From positions 12,595 through 76,594 of the IMG/VR virus record IMGVR_UViG_3300021138_000017: a stretch of 64,000 bases of DNA; one strand, written 5' to 3'. Below the pieces are notes generated by a model. The model was given only the letters and a program-made list of their open reading frames with translations, was not told the origin of the DNA and did no database searches. Shown in pieces: positions 28,001 to 37,000 of the stretch (position 1 is its first letter; each line of letters starts with the position of its first letter). The position numbers and the translations under genes are program-made. The DNA comes from a virus.

Positions 28001-30903
28001 CCTACTGTTCCAGTTTTACTAGCTCCGCCGCCACCGCCAGTGGCTGTAACATAACTACCAAAACTGCTAGTTCCACCAGAAGCGCCTGCTCCTTCGGGGT
28101 ATGCTCCTGCTCCACCACTGCCAACTCCGATATTAGTAAACAGCGAAATACAATTACTACAAACTACGATATATCCGCCACCAGCTCCGCCGCCACCAGC
28201 GCCATTATAACAGTCTTGATAACAACCAGTTCGAGCACCACCACCACCGCCACCGCCACCTATAACTCTAACCAATAATTGAGTATTAGTTGTGGGCTTA
28301 ATAAATAGGCCCGGACTTGTGTATGTAACAGGTAATGGTGTAGGAGCATTAGTAAAAATACCTGGACTTGTGTATGTGTGTATTGTATTACAACCAGATG
28401 ATGTAACAGTACCACCTGCAAATTGTACGTTGCCAGGATAAGATATAATCACTATACCTTGATATCCATTACCTCCAGGATAGTTGGTATGGCTACCCCC
28501 ACAATAGCTTCCTCCACCGCCTCCTGCTCCATAGACTGTACCAGGATATCCTGGGGCATGACTGGGGCCGCCGCCGTGACCACCGCCACCAGAACCCCCG
28601 TTAGCGCCACCATTTCCAGCGGTTATGTATCCAGCTCCACCGCCACCACCGGCATAAGTAACACTTGATCCTGAAATATTACTCGACGAACCACATCCAC
28701 CTGCCTCGGCACCACCTCCATTTGTGTACCCTGAACGTCCAGCACCACCGCCACCACCTGTGGCATAGTAAACACCTGATCCTACTGACCCGGGATAACC
28801 TTGGCCTGGAACGCCTGTTCCTGCTGTTGATCCTATTCGAGCGCCACCACCAGATGCCCCTGGAGAAGCTGGATTAGGAACACATTGTCCACCGCGAGAA
28901 GTCAATGTACCTGGACTATAGAAATAATGATAAACAACTCCACCAGAACTGGTTACACATCCACCACACCATACTTGACTTCCTGAATAGGCTACAACTA
29001 CAATGCCAGGACCGCCATTACCGCCAGCTCTATACCAAAATCCACCACCGCCACCACCGCCAGTAGCATAAGCGCCACATATAGACAAACATGGGTTACA
29101 GTAAGGATCTCCGCCATTAGCATGTCCGCCACCGTCTGAACTGGATCCGTAATATCCCGATCCACCGCCTGCGTAATAATTTCCTGTTATATTGCTTTTT
29201 CTACCAGCTCCACCATAAGAGGGACCTGCGTCATAATTGCTAGCACTGCCACCAGAACCACCTGCTCCGCCGCCACCTGCTGATGCGTATACACCGGTAT
29301 TAGCGGATCCATTTCCTCCAGGATAGCCTTGACCGCATACTCCTGAACCAGCCCCTCCGCCGTTAGTTCCTTGTCCAGCACCACCTCCCGATCCTCCAGG
29401 ATTACCCCCAGCCAGTGCGCCACCACCTCCGCCACCGCCGTAAGCTCGAAAACCCGCAAATACACTGTCTCCGCCATTACATCCTGTTCCGTAGTTTTGT
29501 GCTATGGCAGCCCCTGCTCCACCACCACCAACACAAACTGAATAGTTACAGCTTCCGTTGAGAGTAGTACTAGAACAAATCATACCACCCGCTCCTCCGC
29601 CGCCACCTTTAGAATTACCACCTGATCCGCCACCACCTCCTCCGCCAACAAGAAGGAAATTCACTGTTTTAATGCCAAAAGGTGTAAATGTTGGACTGGT
29701 ACCACCTCCTCCACCACCGCAGGCTTTAGCAATACAAGTTGGGCCTGATGATATTTTACTGAGAGAGCCAGCACTTCCTACATTTTTTCCAGATCCACCT
29801 CCGCCCCCACATCCTACGGTTATACTATAATTAATTGGAGTACCTGGCGGAACTGCTATACATCCTGGAACAAATCCACCAGCTCCACCACCAGAACCTA
29901 ATCCGCCACCGCCACCGCCACCTCCACCTATTACAAGATATTTTACAGGTAAATATGCCGGAGCGTCATTGGTAACACTAACAGAAGAATTTATAGTGGG
30001 AGTTCCCCAAGTATTAGTCAAATATGTGGTTTCTGGCGCAATATAAGTTACGACTGTTGTAGGTGCTGTACCAAATGATACGCCTGAAGTTGCTGTTCCT
30101 CCACTTATAACATCAGTAGTGGTACTAGCCCAAGTAGTCGAAATAGTAATTGTACTAGATCCATCATAAGATGCTAATACTCTTACTTGATTGCTTGAAT
30201 ATGAAGGAGAAGTATCATGCTGTATATATAATATAGTCGGAGTAGAAGTTAATTGAGCAAAACCTTTTGAAGTAGCTAAAGTTGTTGGTGTTCCTGTGCC
30301 ACCAATTTTAGTAGTTCCGGTATATGTTTGCCCATTAATTGTTTTACTAGCACCTGTACTGGACAAATAAATTGTTCCACATACATTATTAATAAAATTA
30401 TTCCACTCAGTATCTCCAGGTTGCCCTGTTGAAGTTTTACTTAATTGTATTTTAACTAACCCGCCGGAATTAAAAAAATGATTAGCAGATGCCGCATTAG
30501 CAAAAGTTATAGTATCTGTATATGTAATTGACCAAGTGCCACCAATACCTGCCCCCGAAGTAGCACTAGCTGTACCTGTCCATGTAGTATACTGAGCGCC
30601 TGATGAGTTGGCATTAAATTTATGACTGTTTATACTGGAAATATCATTAGCTACATTAGAAAGTATGGTTATTAATTGCCCTTTTGAAGGATCAATTCTT
30701 GATGTAATTGCGGTACCTTGATGAGCGGCGGCATTGGCAATAGCATCGTTTAATGACGCCCATTCTGATGCCTGAACCTTTGCGTATTGATTAACACTTG
30801 TTACAGCAGTTTGACCATAAGCTGTATTCCAAACCGCGTTAGTGTTGCCGGCAAAAGTGTTAAAATCTGACGCTTGTATTAATCCGCCAGTTACGTAGGT
30901 CAT
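25024..30903 (-). CDS. 1959-aa multi-module glycine-rich tail fibre/adhesin, Cys- and Pro-enriched
   Basis: N-terminal ~315 aa paralogous to 30923..31870; repeated YL.VGGGGGG…H.FTSPG modules and gp38-like INN.G.I.G.GG modules; GC-rich. Confidence 0.85.
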   Translation of the reverse strand: MTYVTGGLIQASDFNTFAGNTNAVWNTAYGQTAVTSVNQYAKVQASEWASLNDAIANAAAHQGTAITSRIDPSKGQLITILSNVANDISSINSHKFNANSSGAQYTTWTGTASATSGAGIGGTWSITYTDTITFANAASANHFFNSGGLVKIQLSKTSTGQPGDTEWNNFINNVCGTIYLSSTGASKTINGQTYTGTTKIGGTGTPTTLATSKGFAQLTSTPTILYIQHDTSPSYSSNQVRVLASYDGSSTITISTTWASTTTDVISGGTATSGVSFGTAPTTVVTYIAPETTYLTNTWGTPTINSSVSVTNDAPAYLPVKYLVIGGGGGGGGGLGSGGGAGGFVPGCIAVPPGTPINYSITVGCGGGGGSGKNVGSAGSLSKISSGPTCIAKACGGGGGGTSPTFTPFGIKTVNFLLVGGGGGGGSGGNSKGGGGGAGGMICSSTTLNGSCNYSVCVGGGGAGAAIAQNYGTGCNGGDSVFAGFRAYGGGGGGGALAGGNPGGSGGGAGQGTNGGGAGSGVCGQGYPGGNGSANTGVYASAGGGGAGGSGGSASNYDAGPSYGGAGRKSNITGNYYAGGGSGYYGSSSDGGGHANGGDPYCNPCLSICGAYATGGGGGGGFWYRAGGNGGPGIVVVAYSGSQVWCGGCVTSSGGVVYHYFYSPGTLTSRGGQCVPNPASPGASGGGARIGSTAGTGVPGQGYPGSVGSGVYYATGGGGGAGRSGYTNGGGAEAGGCGSSSNISGSSVTYAGGGGGAGYITAGNGGANGGSGGGGHGGGPSHAPGYPGTVYGAGGGGGSYCGGSHTNYPGGNGYQGIVIISYPGNVQFAGGTVTSSGCNTIHTYTSPGIFTNAPTPLPVTYTSPGLFIKPTTNTQLLVRVIGGGGGGGGARTGCYQDCYNGAGGGGAGGGYIVVCSNCISLFTNIGVGSGGAGAYPEGAGASGGTSSFGSYVTATGGGGGASKTGTVGPTASGGGGTFTTAISPHSGASGSAGSPGGRCTSSGPGGSAGYSYGCGSAGAGVCGNNCGNNATGYGNGGSGAHITCYGYPARKGGNGSPGVVEIEVVTPGVVNYTYSSPRANAVLNVPSLPGYTAGSTTVTITVNSGVYLYATAISNAGLTINGGTTGDTFNLINRGYIIGQGGHGGNCGGSGQPGGPALSISYPITINNTSPTGYIAGGGGGGGGGYYGNAGGGGGAGGGAGGAPYGGCGGNIGQPGGNGGSCPCCGGYGGGGGGRVLPGSPIASSCYIGIGGSAGGAGAGQGNRFGPAQSSGGGAGQRGGEGNGNGGNAGGGGGWGASGGDNGYVSNYGSAGAAISAPGSVYVYWTCNCVSRVYGSKPPSSVTVRYLIVGGGGGGQNLSGSIETGGGGGGAGGLLTGTTPLCSLNAYPVVVGAGATGGNLPGSDSSFNGMTAYGGGSGNSPAGTAGGSGGGTYGAPGCAGGSGTPGQGNPGGYGGHPGGGGGGGGAGGAGANACPSGINGGAGGAGVASDITGSTLRYAAGGGGGNSSGCGGNPGGNTCGIGGAGGSRYNNANPGAAGTGSGGGGAGGYDGGCYPSLYAGLGGSGVVIISYPAPQKFAGGTITSSGGKIIHKFTSPGTLGYLQSKSYTVASPVTNLNLSSLFSPKPQAAYTVTINNGVTVGGTPGNNALTIGSFPSGSTMTLNNYGSIQGYGGSAPGGTGGNAICAQTTTSTIINNYGSVSAGGGGGGAGGVGGCGGPGGAGGGGYYGSSGYNFQYSQYPPVSVVSQYLCYCCGDYRYHNTWIWNCLVVYSCGAGLIPGPGTTVVSPYDGKTYQTGALETGTHNCGCYSIGQYQNSTVYTCGGAGGAGGGGGAGGAGGVGQGYNQSAGSGSSGSAGSAGSAGSAGGTNAGTGGAGGAGGTGGHGGAGGAFGNTGAPGNPGSPGTPGCPGTPGNNGGGGNGNGAGYGGGAGYGGSAGYYLVKGSSTVTFNNCGTASGRLG

Positions 30904-30922
30904 TGCTTTTTCCTGTTGTTAT

Positions 30923-31870
30923 TTAACTGTTAGTTACCGAAACAGAAGAAGCTACTGTCGGAGTGCCCCAAGTATTGGTTAAGTGTGTAGTTTCCGGCGC
31001 ATAGTAAGTTACAACTGTTGTAGGAGCAGTGCCAAAGACTATACCTGTGGTTGCTGTACCACCACTTATTACCGCAGTTGGTCCAGAATTATGCCATGTT
31101 GTTACAAAAGTTAAAGTTGTACTTCCGTTGTAGGCGGCAGATATACTTAGATTGTTAGTTGAATAACTATATCCAGTGTCGTACTGTGTATACAATACAG
31201 CCGGTGTGGAATTCAATTGAGCAAAACCTATAGTGGTATTTAAAACACTAGGAGTACCAGTGCCACCAATTTTGGTAGTTCCAGTATACGTTTGCCCATT
31301 AATCGTTTTACTAGTACCTGTGCTAGACAAATAAATTGTTCCACATACTGTTCCAATAAAACTATTCCATTCTGCGTCTCCCGCATGTCCTGTGGATGTT
31401 TTACTAAACTGTATTTTAACTGTAGCCCCAGAATTAAAAAAACTAGTGGCTGCTGTAGCGTTGGCAAATGTTACTGTATCTGTAAATGTAATTGTCCAGG
31501 GATTAGAACCAGTACCTGTAATATCAGTAACACTGGCAGTACCTGTCCATGCTGTATACTGACTTCCTTGAGAAGCGGCATTGTAAACATTTGATGTACA
31601 GCTAGTTATGTCAGTAGATAAATTTGGTAATACCGCTACTGTTTGCCCGGCAGTAGGACTAGTTCTTGATGTAATTGTAGTGCCTTGATGAGCGGCTGCG
31701 TTAGCAATAGTACTATTTAATGATGCCCAATTTGCCGCACTAACTGTGGCACCTTGGCTAACTGTGGACACAGACGTTTGTCCATATTTGGTATTCCAAA
31801 CAGCGTTGATATTACCAGCAAAAGTATTAAAGTCTGTAGCTTGTACTAATCCACCAGTCGAATAGGTCAT
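30923..31870 (-). CDS. Thr/Ser-rich virion fibre subunit
   Basis: Located in the structural operon; duplicate of the N-terminus of the 1959-aa protein. Confidence 0.75.
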   Translation of the reverse strand: MTYSTGGLVQATDFNTFAGNINAVWNTKYGQTSVSTVSQGATVSAANWASLNSTIANAAAHQGTTITSRTSPTAGQTVAVLPNLSTDITSCTSNVYNAASQGSQYTAWTGTASVTDITGTGSNPWTITFTDTVTFANATAATSFFNSGATVKIQFSKTSTGHAGDAEWNSFIGTVCGTIYLSSTGTSKTINGQTYTGTTKIGGTGTPSVLNTTIGFAQLNSTPAVLYTQYDTGYSYSTNNLSISAAYNGSTTLTFVTTWHNSGPTAVISGGTATTGIVFGTAPTTVVTYYAPETTHLTNTWGTPTVASSVSVTNS

Positions 31871-31884
31871 TACTATGTCCTGTC

Positions 31885-33195
31885 TTATTTAATTGTAACA
31901 ATAGCTTCAACTGTACCTACGCCAGAATCTAATTTAGCTACCAGTGCTCGACCAATCACATTAAATGCTGTAGCTTCTCCAGGCTTGGCAGCACGTGCCA
32001 TGCCATCTCCGGCCGAAACTAGTCTATCACCTTTTTGTATAATCCCCGTTACCTTAACTGGTACACGTCCTGTCATAGCAACAGGAGGATGAGTTGAGCT
32101 ATCTCCTGCTTGACTATTCATTAAGTAAGCTGCATTTGTGCTTATTACACCAAATACATTTTCACTTAAATCTGTGTTTGATTGAGTAATTTCTGCTATG
32201 CCACCTAGTTCAACTACTGTTCCAGCTTCATATAAAGCATCAGCTTCAAAACGTTCCGCTACGTCAGCGTATACTGCTTGTACATTACGAGCAGTAACGT
32301 TACCTGTTGATCCATTAATTGACAAACAGGATGTTAATGATCCGCCAACATTGGCAAATAAAGAAATATTACCGTTAAGGTCATAATTTGTTAATGACAC
32401 GTTATTATTGGCTACATTAATACCAAAATCTGAATTAAGTCCTACTCTAAACGCACTTGTTGATCCACTAGTAGCGTTTCCGTTATTAGAAACTGATAAT
32501 GTTCCACTAGTTCCTGTATTAACATCGGAACGCATAATTTGGCTGGGCAACAATCCTTGTAAACTTTGGGCATTAGTTGTAGTGCCGTAAAAAACAGCAT
32601 TTCCACTGCTAATTGTTGTTGAAAGTTGAATCCCAGGATGGATATTGGCAAATCCAGTAATTGCTGTAGCCGGAGTAAATGTAGCATCTTGGCTGACTAT
32701 ACCTACAATATTTCCACCGGTGTATAATTCAACTACAACGTGTTGACGTGCTGAATTATCAGTAATAGTTGTGGGGATAGCTCCTGTTATACCAGTAGCT
32801 GCCGTATAAATTGGTCCAATTAACAACCACTGTGAACCAGTCCATACATTTAATTGTTGATTAGTATTGTCATACCATAAATCGCCAACACTGTTGTTAC
32901 CAGTTGGGGCTGAACTTGCGTTGTTTATTACGCCCAAAGTTTTAAACACAGCACCATTATAAACACTTAGTACTGTTGTAGAAGTATTATACCATAGTTG
33001 TCCTTTTAAAACAACAGATGGAGGTGTAGAGTTGGCGGCATTTTCTAGTAAATGAACAAAATTATCGTCCAGAAATTGACCATAACCAGCATAGTTTTTA
33101 CCAACCAAAGTTTGTGAGCAACTATTGGTATTGATAGTACCGTCTGGTATTGTAGTAAGAACGTTTCCGTTCGTTAAATTAATAGTGTATGACAT
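31885..33195 (-). CDS. tail fibre/baseplate protein with C-terminal auto-cleaving chaperone-like domain
   Basis: GKNYAGYG…LLEN, GQLWY/GDLWY repeats; YADVAERF…GTVV…GVIS…GRVPVKV.G.I.KGD.LVS. Confidence 0.75.
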   Translation of the reverse strand: MSYTINLTNGNVLTTIPDGTINTNSCSQTLVGKNYAGYGQFLDDNFVHLLENAANSTPPSVVLKGQLWYNTSTTVLSVYNGAVFKTLGVINNASSAPTGNNSVGDLWYDNTNQQLNVWTGSQWLLIGPIYTAATGITGAIPTTITDNSARQHVVVELYTGGNIVGIVSQDATFTPATAITGFANIHPGIQLSTTISSGNAVFYGTTTNAQSLQGLLPSQIMRSDVNTGTSGTLSVSNNGNATSGSTSAFRVGLNSDFGINVANNNVSLTNYDLNGNISLFANVGGSLTSCLSINGSTGNVTARNVQAVYADVAERFEADALYEAGTVVELGGIAEITQSNTDLSENVFGVISTNAAYLMNSQAGDSSTHPPVAMTGRVPVKVTGIIQKGDRLVSAGDGMARAAKPGEATAFNVIGRALVAKLDSGVGTVEAIVTIK

Positions 33196-33242
33196 TTATT
33201 TGACTCCGTCTTTATATTTAGTTTGGTATAATATACTCATAT

Positions 33243-33854
33243 TTATGCGGCGCTCAAGTTCGTTAGTGTTTGAATTCTTAAAGTATAATCAATTTGAATT
33301 TGTCTGTTAAGCGACTTTTGAACCGGATGAAAAATTACATGGGTTATTAAGTATAAATCAGTAGCGGATCCATTCCAACATTGTAATCCTAACTCATCAA
33401 AAACATAATCACCATTAAAATTAGTACTGTTATCAAATGCCTGTTGTCCTGGGGGTTCCCCGTAATCTAATAAACAAGTTACTAAAATATCTGTATAAAC
33501 ATTACCAGATGTGTGTAAAACCGTCATATTATTATTAGTTGGGTCTAAATTTGAAGCAGAATTTTGATCAACTACTTTGGCATAAGTTTCGTTGTACAAC
33601 GAAGCATTTTGTCCTATTACATTTGGCGGCAAATAAGTTATTACACCTGTAGGATCTACTGCACTTCCCCCGTTTCCAAAAGCCATAGTATAAATCCAAC
33701 CTGTATTAAGTTGGTTACTAAGCGTATTAGCCATAGCTATAGAAATATTTTCATAATTAATAGCATTAGATTTATCTACTAATACTTCTCCGGTATTACG
33801 GTCTGTTATTTTTAAAAAACCCTGAATAATAGGGGTTATAGTTTGATTAGGCAT
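33243..33854 (-). CDS. conserved virion structural protein (start revised to ATG 33854)
   Basis: MAFGNGG, LDYGEP, FDELGL, THVIFHPVQKSLNR; located in the structural operon. Confidence 0.75.
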   Translation of the reverse strand: MPNQTITPIIQGFLKITDRNTGEVLVDKSNAINYENISIAMANTLSNQLNTGWIYTMAFGNGGSAVDPTGVITYLPPNVIGQNASLYNETYAKVVDQNSASNLDPTNNNMTVLHTSGNVYTDILVTCLLDYGEPPGQQAFDNSTNFNGDYVFDELGLQCWNGSATDLYLITHVIFHPVQKSLNRQIQIDYTLRIQTLTNLSAA

Positions 33855-33990
33855 CTTTTTGCTCCACAAATACTTTACGAGTTTTTGGGTCATAAATTTT
33901 TAAAAATCCAGCAACATTAACGGTGCCAGTCTCATTAGGCTGTTTTTCCGGAACTGTTGGTTTTTGTTGAATAGGTGTGTTATTTTCCAT
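33847..33990 (-). CDS. 47-aa ORF not in the track (MENNTPIQQKP…GFLKIYDPKTRKVFVEQKDA)
   Basis: TAAATA 6 nt upstream; stop overlaps the next start; motif duplicated in the next gene. Confidence 0.7.
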   Translation of the reverse strand: MENNTPIQQKPTVPEKQPNETGTVNVAGFLKIYDPKTRKVFVEQKDA

Positions 33991-34026
33991 ATAATCTATT
34001 TATTCTAATTTCAAAGTCGAAAAACC

Positions 34027-37000
34027 TTATGTTAACCCTCGCAAAAATCTAGCAGGTGGGGTATTAGTTTCCTGTAAAGGAACACCGTCGCTAGCTGAAT
34101 AAAACCCTTGATTATACCATGTGACCCCACGTTTTACTAAAATAGTAACTTCTGATCCATTTGCCGGAGCTGTTGTAAACACTACTGTTACAGGAGTCAA
34201 AGTAGTAATTGTATAATTGCCTATTTGCTTAATTCCGCCGACATAAACTTCAACTGATTCAAGCGGATCTACGTATGAATAATCATATGTGAACGGTTCT
34301 AAATTGATAGGTCCTTCATCAAATAAAACAGTATCAAATCCCTGAATTATAGTTTCTATGTTAATATTTGTAGCTATGTAAGTTGTTGTAGTTCCGTCTC
34401 CTACAAAATTATTACTTACAACATAGTCTTGGAACTCTTTTGGTAGTAAATTTCCTCGTCCCATATCGTAAACAATAGAGCCATTACTGTGACTAGCGGC
34501 AGCTGTACCAGCTGTGCCGCGCAATAGACTACTTATAGTATTGGCGTTTGTATCAATTTCTCTATACATTATACGTTCGCCGTTAATAGTTACTACTCCC
34601 CAGATATTTGCCGAAAAGTTTGGTATAGTAAGTGCTGAAGCATTATTAACATATATGATATCAGCTGTAGCAGAAACTGATGCGGTTAACGATGTAGTTG
34701 TTTGCGGGGTCATACGATAGGTTGCTTGTACACCACGCATGTCTTGGAAAATTCTAAATTCCATTGCTTCTGGCACTATAGAATCTGTAACAGATGTTAT
34801 TATAACTACATCAGTTGACTGTAATGTATTGGGTAAAATTAACATTGTACCAGAGACAGTATAATCTACTATTGGCATTAATATTTGTCCATTTAATGAC
34901 ACACGCAAACGATCAACGTTAGTAATTAATCTTCCTAAATCTAAATTATTTGATGTAATTGTAGTGCCAATACTATAACTGTAGCTTCCTGGTTCTCCTG
35001 TAATGTTGCCTTGATCAAATTCGGTATCATCAAAACCTTCTGATATTGTTACTCCTTCGGTTATAGGCCCAACAAAAACTTGTGTTTCTAGTCTTTGTTC
35101 ACGAGTGTCATGCCAAGTAGTGATAGTAATTGTCTCTCCTGCGCTAATTGTAACGTTTCTAAAGGTTATTTGATGATTTAAAGGATCAATAACGGCTTGA
35201 GACCCAGTTGTAACAGCAATATAAATTCTTGTACCTAATAGAGGAGCTGATGCAAAAGTCACTGTAGTTCCCAATGTTTGTGGATTTACAGTATATCCTG
35301 ATACTTGCGGTATATCATTAAAATAAACCAGCACATCGCTGTCAACTATGGTACTTTGATCAAATCCTAATCTTTGAGCAACTTCAAATGTAGTAGTTAC
35401 CCCGTCTCCTATATAACTTATACCACCAGCTACAACTAATTGATTACCAGCAAGTGTTACAACCGCATTTACTGGATTGGTATATTGTAAACTAATAGTA
35501 GGATCTAAGTTGTAAGTATATACTCCATTTGTTGAAGATATTGTTTGAACAATAGGCACACTCCAACTATAATGTACTGTAGTATTATTAATAGTAGTTG
35601 GACCAATAGCAACTAAACTTATAAAATCCGTTGAAGTATAAGCGTTATTAAATGTAATAGCGGTAGTGCCGTATGTTGTTCCAGAAGTATAAGTATACTC
35701 AGTATTATTTAAATATGCGCCATTAACAAATATAGCAAATTCTTGTATTAATGCGTATTGAACGGGCACAATAATAGGATTTACTATAGCTGACCCAGTA
35801 TATGTTTGTTTATAAAGTTGGTTTCCACCACCTAATTCATAAACATTAACACCTATTTGATCTCCTTGTACTACTCTACTAGACGATGTATTAATGATAA
35901 CAGTTTGTATTGTCCAATTAACTGTATAATCAACTCCTACTAATAAATTGTATCCTTGGGTATAATCAACAACTTCAATCAATACTGGATAAGGTTCTAA
36001 TCCACCAAATCTTATAGTAGGGTTGCTTGATCTATATATTGAATTGTAAGTAGCTAAAGGAAACCCGTGTCCTACTCCTGCCCAATCAGCACCAGGTGTA
36101 GTATAAACTCTAAAATCCATAGTATCAAATTCAATACCTGGAACTAATTCTTCAGGCGCATGACTTTCATAAGTGTCTACATAAGCTCCACCGTTGATAT
36201 TAATATCTGAGGGACGTGTTCCTAAATAAGGATCAAGATAAGAACTAGCAAAAATTGTATCTAATATTCCTAAATCATAAGTAGGCTGTCCATTGGCATC
36301 AATACTTAAATTGTCCCAAGGATTAAAATCAAAATTTCCTCTATCAAATCCTGTATCTTGATTAAAAGATAATCCGCTTACTTGTACACCTGGATAATCT
36401 ATTCCATCTATTAATAAAGGCAGAGACAAACCTGGTGTACTAGGAGTTGACACATAATAACCCATAGTTCTATTGACACCACTTAGTGTTTTAGCTTTTA
36501 CTAATGTCCAATCGCTAGGAATAAATTGTTGGTAAAAATATAAAGTATATTGAAGTGAGGGACTAGTATTTAAAACCAAAGCTGACAATGTAATTGTATT
36601 TCCGCTTATATTTAACACCGTTGTATTGTTAGCTATTCCAGGACCATCGACTATTTGTCCAACAATAATTCCGCTAGCGTCAGTAACAAATATTCTATTT
36701 GATCCTGTTGTTAATGTAGCTGTAGTAACGAAAGTAGTATTGGTAATATTGATATTTGCTTGATATACAATATTTTTGTATCTAACTTGTGTTCCTTCGG
36801 TATATGTACCTCCGGGCATCCATTCTACTATACTTGTATTGTATTCATAACGATCATATTTTACTATAACTCGAAAGGATCTTACCAATGAGTTATTCAT
36901 AATAGGATAAGCAATCGCGCCTGTTCCATTTCCACCGCTGAATGTTATTGTGGCAGTATTAATATAACCTGATCCAACGTTTGTCATTACAACTTGTGTC

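Noticed and set aside
25086-29830. Many alternative-frame and antisense ORFs (Pro-, His- or Val-rich) over the Gly-rich fibre
   Set aside because: Expected shadows of GGN-rich, stop-poor coding sequence; no RBS or independent motifs.
25024-29950. GC-rich island suggesting horizontal transfer
   Set aside because: Explained by Gly/Ala/Pro codons; third positions remain largely A/T and the N-terminus is a local duplicate.
29950-31870. Duplicated segment as a DGR template/variable repeat pair
   Set aside because: Both copies are coding, differences are mostly synonymous and not adenine-specific, and no reverse transcriptase is in the window.
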